Below are positions 1 to 9,481 of a DNA stretch of 36,973 bases, piece after piece. The stretch spans positions 1 through 36,973 of the forward strand of contig JAHLWZ010000550.1 in the NCBI GenBank assembly GCA_020536535.1, written 5' to 3'. The number at the start of each line of letters is the position of its first letter. Position 1 is the first letter of the stretch. The notes beneath the pieces are model-generated. The model was not told the origin of the DNA, made no database searches, and was given only the letters and a program-made list of their open reading frames with translations. The stretch comes from Pelomyxa schiedti (taxonomy: Eukaryota > Protista > Evosea). Made by a program: the position numbers and the translations under genes.

Positions 1-596
1 CCAAGTTGCCTCCTCCTTGAACATACTGTTCCCAGACGCATTAATAATAAAAACAACCAACAATGCCTCAGCACCTTGGCAGTGATGATGGGGTCAGAAT
101 TGAACTTGATGGGGAGGGGAGAATTTCTCAGATACGCAGCATCAAACGTCCACAGTATTCGTTTCACCTAACGCGATTGGGCATAATTGGTCGCCGTCGC
201 GGCAACAACCAACCAAACGATATCGACGCGATCGTGAAACTTGAAAGGGGGAGGGCCTGAGCAGCGGTGCGGGGTTGATATAATGCGGCGGTTGCTGTTG
301 TGGTTGGCGATTGTGGGATTGGCCAGTAGTAGCAGTGACAGTTACTATAGTAATAGTGACAGTGACAGTGATAGTGATGGACGTCATGCAATGATGCCTG
401 GGTTCCCCATGCACGTGTCAGTGCCTGTCATTTCAGTGGTAGTCTATCACTAACTTATTCATCTACAACCTATGTTGTTGTTGTTGTTGTTATTATAATT
501 GCTGGATTTGTTGTCATTGCCAATGTGTCTCGTTTAACTCTTCAGTGCGAAAAAGAAATCATAACTACACGTAAAATAACGCTTTAAACGTTAAAG
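1..596 (+). repeat. Near-identical duplicate of 31281-31863 (upstream region, exon 1 and start of intron 1 of the TMEM184-like gene); probable alternative haplotype or mis-scaffolded copy
   Basis: Direct comparison shows the same sequence with 4 substitutions and 3 short indels in simple repeats (AACC, AGTGAY, GTT). Both copies end in ...aaacgttaaag immediately before a 100-N gap. Confidence 0.95.
283..438 (+). CDS. Partial: exon 1 copy of the TMEM184/OST-alpha-like gene (signal peptide + Ser/Asp tract), cut off by the gap
   Basis: MRRLLLWLAIVGLASSSSDSYYSNSDSDSDSDGRHAMMPGFPMHVSVPVISV, which matches 31559-31708 apart from one extra SD unit. Confidence 0.6.
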
Positions 597-696
597 NNNN
601 NNNNNNNNNNNNNNNNNNNNNNNNNNNNNNNNNNNNNNNNNNNNNNNNNNNNNNNNNNNNNNNNNNNNNNNNNNNNNNNNNNNNNNNNNNNNNNNN
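597..696. other. Scaffold gap (100 N)
   Basis: Run of exactly 100 N. Confidence 1.
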
Positions 697-3600
697 TTTT
701 TCGTCTTGTGGGCCTAAACTCAACACCGCCTTGCTGAGGTCGCAGTGCCCCCTTTTGCAAGGTAACATTTGCTGGTGGGTGCGCCCAAATCACAGAGAAA
801 CAGAGACCCAGAGATATCATCATCGATTGGAGTGGTGGTTGTTGGCTGACTTCTGTGGCAAATGTGAGTCGTTTTGAAGAGCAGGGAGAACAAAAACGCA
901 CCATTTTTGTTGGAGAGGTTGATTCCTCGTTATTGCATATGCACTCAATTGGGCAGAGGTTGTATGTAACACAGAGTAGAAGGGTAATTTATGGCCGGCA
1001 TCGGCATTGGCACTTCTTTGGGTGGGTAAGTAATACTCCAAAAGGAAAGGGAGAGTTGGGCATGCCCATAATCTCGTTCTCAGCCTCCTGAGCATTCATT
1101 CCCTGCCTGTTTGTCTGTGCTTTTTCGTCTTGTGGGCCTAAACTCAACACCGCCTTGCTGAGGTCGCAGTGCCCCCTTTTGCAAGGTAACATTTGCTGGT
1201 GGGTGCGCCCAAATCACAGAGAAACAGAGACCCAGAGATATCATCATCGATTGGAGTGGTGGTTGTTGGCTGACTTCTGTGGCAAATGTGAGTCGTTTTG
1301 AAGAGCAGGGAGAACAAAAACGCACCATTTTTGTTGGAGAGGTTGATTCCTCGTTATTGCATATGCACTCAATTGGGCAGAGGTTGTATGTAACACAGAG
1401 TAGAAGGGTAATTTATGGCCGGCATCGGCATTGGCACTTCTTTGGGTGGGTAAGTAATACTCCAAAAGGAAAGGGAGAGTTGGGCATGCCCATAATCTCG
1501 TTCTCAGCCTCCTGAGCATTCATTCCCTGCCTGTTTGTCTGTGCTTTTTCGTCTTGTGGGCCTAAACTCAACACCGCCTTGCTGAGGTCGCAGTGCCCCC
1601 TTTTGCAAGGTAACATTTGCTGGTGGGTGCGCCCAAATCACAGAGAAACAGAGACCCAGAGATATCATCATCGATTGGAGTGGTGGTTGTTGGCTGACTT
1701 CTGTGGCAAATGTGAGTCGTTTTGAAGAGCAGGGAGAACAAAAACGCACCATTTTTGTTGGAGAGGTTGATTCCTCGTTATTGCATATGCACTCAATTGG
1801 GCAGAGGTTGTATGTAACACAGAGTAGAAGGGTAATTTATGGCCGGCATCGGCATTGGCACTTCTTTGGGTGGGTAAGTAATACTCCAAAAGGAAAGGGA
1901 GAGTTGGGCATGCCCATAATCTCGTTCTCAGCCTCCTGAGCATTCATTCCCTGCCTGTTTGTCTGTGCTTTTTCGTCTTGTGGGCCTAAACTCAACACCG
2001 CCTTGCTGAGGTCGCAGTGCCCCCTTTTGCAAGGTAACATTTGCTGGTGGGTGCGCCCAAATCACAGAGAAACAGAGACCCAGAGATATCATCATCGATT
2101 GGAGTGGTGGTTGTTGGCTGACTTCTGTGGCAAATGTGAGTCGTTTTGAAGAGCAGGGAGAACAAAAACGCACCATTTTTGTTGGAGAGGTTGATTCCTC
2201 GTTATTGCATATGCACTCAATTGGGCAGAGGTTGTATGTAACACAGAGTAGAAGGGTAATTTATGGCCGGCATCGGCATTGGCACTTCTTTGGGTGGGTA
2301 AGTAATACTCCAAAAGGAAAGGGAGAGTTGGGCATGCCCATAATCTCGTTCTCAGCCTCCTGAGCATTCATTCCCTGCCTGTTTGTCTGTGCTTTTTCGT
2401 CTTGTGGGCCTAAACTCAACACCGCCTTGCTGAGGTCGCAGTGCCCCCTTTTGCAAGGTAACATTTGCTGGTGGGTGCGCCCAAATCACAGAGAAACAGA
2501 GACCCAGAGATATCATCATCGATTGGAGTGGTGGTTGTTGGCTGACTTCTGTGGCAAATGTGAGTCGTTTTGAAGAGCAGGGAGAACAAAAACGCACCAT
2601 TTTTGTTGGAGAGGTTGATTCCTCGTTATTGCATATGCACTCAATTGGGCAGAGGTTGTATGTAACACAGAGTAGAAGGGTAATTTATGGCCGGCATCGG
2701 CATTGGCACTTCTTTGGGTGGGTAAGTAATACTCCAAAAGGAAAGGGAGAGTTGGGCATGCCCATAATCTCGTTCTCAGCCTCCTGAGCATTCATTCCCT
2801 GCCTGTTTGTCTGTGCTTTTTCGTCTTGTGGGCCTAAACTCAACACCGCCTTGCTGAGGTCGCAGTGCCCCCTTTTGCAAGGTAACATTTGCTGGTGGGT
2901 GCGCCCAAATCACAGAGAAACAGAGACCCAGAGATATCATCATCGATTGGAGTGGTGGTTGTTGGCTGACTTCTGTGGCAAATGTGAGTCGTTTTGAAGA
3001 GCAGGGAGAACAAAAACGCACCATTTTTGTTGGAGAGGTTGATTCCTCGTTATTGCATATGCACTCAATTGGGCAGAGGTTGTATGTAACACAGAGTAGA
3101 AGGGTAATTTATGGCCGGCATCGGCATTGGCACTTCTTTGGGTGGGTAAGTAATACTCCAAAAGGAAAGGGAGAGTTGGGCATGCCCATAATCTCGTTCT
3201 CAGCCTCCTGAGCATTCATTCCCTGCCTGTTTGTCTGTGCTTTTTCGTCTTGTGGGCCTAAACTCAACACCGCCTTGCTGAGGTCGCAGTGCCCCCTTTT
3301 GCAAGGTAACATTTGCTGGTGGGTGCGCCCAAATCACAGAGAAACAGAGACCCAGAGATATCATCATCGATTGGAGTGGTGGTTGTTGGCTGACTTCTGT
3401 GGCAAATGTGAGTCGTTTTGAAGAGCAGGGAGAACAAAAACGCACCATTTTTGTTGGAGAGGTTGATTCCTCGTTATTGCATATGCACTCAATTGGGCAG
3501 AGGTTGTATGTAACACAGAGTAGAAGGGTAATTTATGGCCGGCATCGGCATTGGCACTTCTTTGGGTGGGTAAGTAATACTCCAAAAGGAAAGGGAGAGT

Positions 3601-4226
3601 TGGGCATGCCCATAATCTCGTTCTCAGCCTCCTGAGCATTCATTCCCTGCCTGTTTGTCTGTGCTTTTTCGTCTTGTGGGCCTAAACTCAACACCGCCTT
3701 GCTGAGGTCGCAGTGCCCCCTTTTGCAAGGTAACATTTGCTGGTGGGTGCGCCCAAATCACAGAGAAACAGAGACCCAGAGATATCATCATCGATTGGAG
3801 TGGTGGTTGTTGGCTGACTTCTGTGGCAAATGTGAGTCGTTTTGAAGAGCAGGGAGAACAAAAACGCACCATTTTTGTTGGAGAGGTTGATTCCTCGTTA
3901 TTGCATATGCACTCAATTGGGCAGAGGTTGTATGTAACACAGAGTAGAAGGGTAATTTATGGCCGGCATCGGCATTGGCACTTCTTTGGGTGGGTAAGTA
4001 ATACTCCAAAAGGAAAGGGAGAGTTGGGCATGCCCATAATCTCGTTCTCAGCCTCCTGAGCATTCATTCCCTGCCTGTTTGTCTGTGCTTTTTCGTCTTG
4101 TGGGCCTAAACTCAACACCGCCTTGCTGAGGTCGCAGTGCCCCCTTTTGCAAGGTAACATTTGCTGGTGGGTGCGCCCAAATCACAGAGAAACAGAGACC
4201 CAGAGATATCATCATCGATTGGAGTG
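697..4226. repeat. Tandem array of a 424-bp unit, about 8.3 apparently identical copies; left end truncated by the gap
   Basis: Identical ORFs recur at exact 424-nt offsets (855, 1279, 1703 ... 3823). Identity ends at ...atcgattggagtg (4226). Confidence 0.98.
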
Positions 4227-4267
4227 TGGTTTACCACAAATACTTTTATTCTTTCTTTGTGTTGTAA
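697..4267 (+). CDS. Possible spliced tandem-repeat protein (103-aa unit), 5' end missing
   Basis: Removing two GT-AG segments per unit (e.g. 1026-1083 GTAAGT..CTCAG and 1113-1169 GTCTGT..CGCAG) leaves 309 nt with no stop. The frame leaves the array as ..DIIIDWSVVYHKYFYSFFVL and stops at TAA 4265-4267. Splice sites were chosen post hoc. Confidence 0.3.
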
Positions 4268-6235
4268 GTATTGTGGTAGTACTGAGTTAGCGGTTACCTT
4301 TTGACTGATTCTTTCCGAAACAGCGCCTCTTCTCCGAGCACCATCACTTGGATTTTACCGTACTGATCGGAAAAAAGACAACAAATTGTACAGCAGGGTG
4401 CTGAGGAAGTGGGTTACGGATTGTGGGTTGGATGGTTCGTCGCGGAAGACCTGGTTATTGTGTTGGGATCTCGTTCGTGTTACGTGTCACCACGTGCGGT
4501 GCTGTTATGTGATGCCAATGTGGAGTGTAGTATCTCGAACCGTGGTTGACGTGGCACCCTCGGCGTGGTTGCGCGATCTGCGTTATTCGTCAGTGCGTAA
4601 GCGTCGTGGTGCTAAACGAACAAAAAAGAAGGCGGGGAAGGGAAAAAAGCGGGGGAAAAAAAAAACGAAGGTACAGAAAGGTGTGTAGCGGTACCTGTTG
4701 GTTACACCGTCACCATGTGTGCGAAAAGCGATCTCCCGTTCGTGTCGTCGGTCGTGCCGGCACGCGTGTGTTTTGGTTGCCTTGATTTTTTTTTTGTGTC
4801 TGGTTTAGTTTTTTTTGAAGGATCTGGGGTTTTCTGTTTTACCTGCAACTGCAACAATTGCTTCGGTCCGGTGTATAGGCGCAGAGACTGGCTCTAGGAC
4901 TCGCCCATACAGTGATGGGCTTCCACTTCCCCTTCCCTCAGACTATGGGACCAAGGGCCCGAGACTGACACACAGAAGTCTGGATCTGCCGTCGAAATAA
5001 CTTAGAAGTTTCGGCTTGCAGATGGCAGTCGGGCTTGTTGTTACGTGACAACGTCGGGACGATGGCGCAACACCCCGGCGACGGTGACAAGTGAACCCGC
5101 GCGTGTAGTCGTACTCGTACTAGTAGCGGTGCCACACAAGAACGATGCAGCTGGGGGTGAGTTCGTTCCAAAGGTGCACCCCTGACACTGGCCTGCTGGT
5201 AATAAGGCAACCCGTAGTACTGTCACGGCTCGGGCGTGGGCCTCCTCGCCATCGCGTCCATTATAGGATCTCGCAGCTGCAGACCAGCCACAGCGGCACG
5301 CACCTCTTCAGGGAGTGCCTGGGGCCGCTGTGGCGGCTCAGGCACCCCGCTAAGAGTGGGGAAGAAGGTCGTTGTATGTTTGTTTGTGCCGAGTTGAGGC
5401 CACACGTGAGCACCAACAACCAGAGACGTTCTATTGCGATAATTGCTGATGGCGATAGATGCCCAAACACCACTAATCACCACATTTTTTTGTGGGACGA
5501 TACAACACCAAAGCGCGACGCAACATTTGCGATTTTTCGATCAATATTTTTGCCGAAACAGCCTTTTCTGCTAAATAGTAATTTGTGAACGAAGCGACAG
5601 TGGCCGCCGCAGCGCACTGAGATAATGGTGGTGGTTAAGGTGGAGACCCAGTTTGGGAAGGGCCTTCAGACAGTCCTTGGTTGGGCTAATCTCCCAATCC
5701 ACTCAATCTCCTTCCTTCCTTCCTTCCCCTTCCTTCCACCACCCCCTGAGAGATGATGAGAGCGTTCTCGTTGATGACTACTAGAGTATATAACTACAAA
5801 ATAGTGGCTTTGCCCGCAACAAAGAGAGAGGTGCGGTCTCTCCCCTCCGTTCGATTTATTGCGATTTATGTTGTCGAGAACAGAACTAACCACTCCCGAC
5901 CACAACCATTCGCCTTGGTTTTTTTGTTGCACCACAAACAACACTCACAGGCGCGTTGTTGGCCTTCGCAAAACGAAAAACCGATTATTCGATAATCGAA
6001 ACAACCGGTTCAAAGACAACAAAATCCACCAACTGTTTCAACACAGACACTCACACACAATTTGTCAGCCTCCCATGCCAAGTGCTGGCTGCCACCCCTT
6101 GTGTCAGCCCCTATCAAACGATTTGCTGGTGGAACACCCCAGCTGGCTACTGTTTTAGGGGAAGTCTAATGCAAGAACATGTTTGTGTTTTTCGTACGGC
6201 GGTCTGTGGTGTTCAGTCCTTGCTGCTCTGGATCA

Positions 6236-7723
6236 TCAAGAGGATGTTGAAGATGGGGGTGATGAAGGTGATTCATTGTTATTGTTGTAATCGTCTTCGT
6301 GGTTGTTGTTGCTGGTGTTGTGGTGTTGGGTTGCGTTCTTGTTGGGGGCATTTTGGGCAGCACCAACACTGGTTTTGTTGCTGTTGTTGCTGTTGTCAAC
6401 AGAAGAAGCCGGCTTCTTTTGGTTCACTACATTGTCGCACCAACGCAAGACACCCCTGGTCATTTCAGTGCGCATCCAGGCTCTCTTGAGCTCCATGTAC
6501 AGTGTCACAAAGGCCTCCTCCGTTGGTGGGACCGACCCCGCGCCCATGGCTGACATCGGCATCTGTGCCGCTGTGACCTGTTCCTTGGCGTGACAAAGCG
6601 CCACCTCGACCCGGTGCATTGGAATGTCAATCTTCTCGGCGGCGGCCCTCGCCTCCCTGGCCAGCTGCCCCTGCCTCACCAAGTCCACCGCGGCGGGTCT
6701 GGCCCTGCCACAACAAGGGGGGAGCTGCGTGACTGCCATGAACCCCATCATGTTCATCAACTGCGATGTGGAGTCTGTTGCTGTTGGCGGCTGCGGGGGT
6801 GGCGGCGGTGGGGGTGGTGGAGGCGGCGCGGGACTGCGGGAAGGAGTGAGAGCTGGGGCCACCACCGCCACGGCGGAGGTGGAGGAGGAGCACGCTGTAG
6901 GGGTCTGGAGGCGGCGGGGGGCGGCAGGAGGAGGCATAGCGAGACCCTGCTGGGCCACCACGGCAGAGGGCGAGGGGGCATGCACATCCGCCTCCCCATC
7001 CTCAGAAACAACAACAACGGCACCATCATCATGGGCAACTGCCTGTTGGTGTTGTGGTGGTGCCTGTTGATGTTGCTCCAACTGCTGCTGCTGCTGCTTA
7101 TGTGCTGTTGTTGCTGTGACGGACCGGCGTCGTTTGTGTGCTGGTGCTTGTGCAGACTCGCGGTTAGGGCCTCCCTTGCTGTTGCGGTTGTTGTTGTTGT
7201 TTGTGGTGGTGGTAGTGTTGCTGCTGCTTGTGCTGTTGGTGTTGGTTGTGGCGGATGTGGTTGCGGATGTGAATGTGGATGTGGTCTGGGGCACCGCGAT
7301 GCGGTCCGAGTTGGCATCTACCCAGCGCTTATCGGGCGCGACGCTGCGGTACTCCCTGCCACCCAAGTCACCGTCGACAAGAAGCAACACAGGGACGCCT
7401 GCCTGGGCGCCGGCGTCGCGCGGGTTGGCGCACTCGACGATGAACGAGGCGCTGGGGTCGGTCAGCGTCGGGTGGAAGCAGGTCAGTCCAACACTGCGTG
7501 ATTATGGGATGGGGGTGAGAGGAAGGAGGAGGAGGCAACACAAACAACACAGCACGAAGGAAACATACACATTGGCCAGACGAGATCGGCGGACTGCAGC
7601 CTCGACGTCCTCTGGTCTTGTGCCAACCGCAACTTTGCCGCTGACGTTCTTGTACAGGAGGCATTTGTTGAGGTTAGAGGCCGCCAAGTTGGCTGCGGGG
7701 AAGTGGTGCTGTGGTCCGTTCAT
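6236..7723 (-). CDS. Uncharacterised protein, orphan family member A (N-terminal RRM-like domain, T/N/Q/P low-complexity linker, C-terminal helical domain)
   Basis: ATG at 7723 (MNGPQHHFPAAN..). Phase-2 intron 7494-7568 (GTATGT..CGCAG) joins exon 1 in frame to the 384-aa ORF ending at 6236. Similar to the two other family members. Confidence 0.75.
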
Positions 7724-7971
7724 TTTTTCTTGAGAGTCGTGTTCGTCTCCGGTTAACTTGTTATTAACGAGAAAGTGCTTCGTCATCATCAGATTCTCAG
7801 TGATGAAAAGCGAACCAAATTGGAATTTTTCCTCGGAAATTGGATTACCGAAACGCCTTGGAAACCAGAGCTTATTCTGGTTTTTTTTCCTTGAGTTGGT
7901 GAAAACGGCAGTGTGTACAAGTGGTGATTGTTGTGAGGGATGGTTTGCCTGGTTGTGTGTGACCTGTGCGT

Positions 7972-9299
7972 TCAGGGATGAAGGCTCCCCTTTTCGCCCC
8001 CTGCTCTGGTGATCGTGGTGCTGCTTATGGTGCACTCCCTGAGTTTGGCACATTCCTCGTCCTCGGGAACTTCTGGGATTGAGATGCCATGAGCATGCAT
8101 CACTGCCTCGAAGCTGTTCAGAACCTCGCGAAGGGTCCTTGATTCCAGCTGGGAATTCTCCAACGCAATGCGGATGTTTGTTCCCAAACACTTCTGGAAG
8201 CACTGTACAACGCTCTCATCTGGCATCCAGCCACAGTGTAGACCAGAGACGTAACCAGCCAACTGTGCTGCAACTGTCCAATCCTCGGCAAGCTCACGTG
8301 CTGTGATAGACACCCTGCTATACGTGGCCCTTACTACATCTCTTATGGCTGACATCATTTCCGCTTTGTTTGATTTCTCCCTCGCTGATTCCTGTTGACG
8401 TTGCTGCGTCATCCCCGATTCCACACAGGCGGCACCACCATCACCACCATGAGGCTGTGCTTCTTCATCACAAGATGCACCATCTTGAGAGAGGAGGGAT
8501 CCACAAGCACCAGACCCAGAGAAGCTGTTGCTGGGGGGACTATTGCAGGCACTGTCACAACCAGATGATTCTTCAGTGGCGGGATAATCGGCACCGCAGT
8601 CCTGCAATATGCCCTCGATTTCGCAACCGAGACCCCTGAGTTTCCTGATGAGCCTGCTGAATGAACGTGGCTGCTGCTGCTGTTGTTGTTGTTGCTGCTG
8701 TTGGTGCTGTGAGGGTGGTGGTGGTTGTTGCTGAGGGAGGGCCGGCGGAATCGGAGCCATGGCGGCTTGGTTCAGGAGGTATTGAGTGCCCCTCGGAACG
8801 AACGGCTGATGGCTCCCGACCCAATCAGCAGTGAGGAGGTACGCCCGCCTGCATCCCTTGATTGGCCCCACCTCCAACGCCAGGTCGGCCTCGCCGCGGC
8901 TGTTGTACTCGGCAACCACGCTGTATTCATTCTCGCCATACATAGGCAGATACAGGTTGAGTCCAATGCTATTGTGGTTGGTTGGTTGGGTGTGAACGAA
9001 GAGGGTGCGGTACTGTGAACAACACACACACACACACACACAGCACTCGCGGATCACACGAAAAGAAAGAACGACGACGAGGACTGTCCTCCCACAATTG
9101 CGTACGGCGGGAATGAACCCACGAGGAGCGCATCTTGCACCTGTCGGACGGACACCGAGTCGCCCCTGAACCCTTCGTACACGACGCAACTCTCCATGTT
9201 GCTGTCGTGCACGTTGACCGGGACGAAGGCAAATGGAGTCACCTCCTGGTCCTCGCCCACGTGGCGGTTGTTGCGGTTGTTCCTGTTGCTGGTGGCCAT
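7972..9299 (-). CDS. Uncharacterised protein, orphan family member B (RRM-like domain, polyQ/Ser linker, helical C-terminal domain)
   Basis: ATG at 9299 (MATSNRNN..). Phase-2 intron 8969-9105 (GTACGC..AATAG, contains a TG microsatellite) gives ..GSFPP-IGLNLYLP.. in frame with ORF 7972-9189. SVVAEYNSRGEADLAL resembles RNP1 plus helix 2 of an RRM. Confidence 0.75.
9022..9042. repeat. (CA)n microsatellite inside the intron of family member B
   Basis: acacacacacacacacacaca. Confidence 0.9.
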
Positions 9300-9481
9300 T
9301 TTTATGTTGTATGTGGTCAAGTTGAGGAAAGATCTGAGTTCGATTGATGCTCTGAGGAGAGGGGCAGTTCGCACTCAGTGAGGTTATCTATGCCCATAAT
9401 GCCAGGAGAGCAAAACCTGGGAAAAAAAACCTTTTTTTTGCTTGGTTCCTGCATAGGGTTGTTAGCTGCTGTTGCTGGCAG

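Noticed and set aside
853-901. Minus-strand 49-nt intron candidate (GTGCGT..CACAG) in the repeat unit
   Set aside because: It also leaves a multiple of 3, but all three minus frames still contain stops after removal.
1022-1095. snRNA or spliced-leader gene array (TACTTACC on - like the U1 5' end; TTCTCAGCCT on + like the U2 5' end)
   Set aside because: U1 loop motifs and the U2 GTAGTA branch-pairing sequence are missing, and there is no convincing Sm site at the right distance. The signals are better explained as a + strand donor and acceptor.
697-4226. CRISPR-like array or Entamoeba-style tRNA/5S array
   Set aside because: Units are fully identical with no variable spacers. No tRNA T-loop (GTTCRA), cloverleaf or 5S-like sequence was found.
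697-4226. Retrozyme or viroid-like multimer with a hammerhead ribozyme
   Set aside because: No CTGANGA core on either strand of the unit; only CTGACTT, CTGAGCA, CTGAGGT and CTGAGAA are present. Other ribozyme classes were not excluded.
6299-7733. Long + strand ORFs, and similar antisense ORFs at 13058-13760, 20740-21463, 23327-23956 and 36038-36684
   Set aside because: Shadow frames of GC-rich low-complexity exons on the opposite strand.
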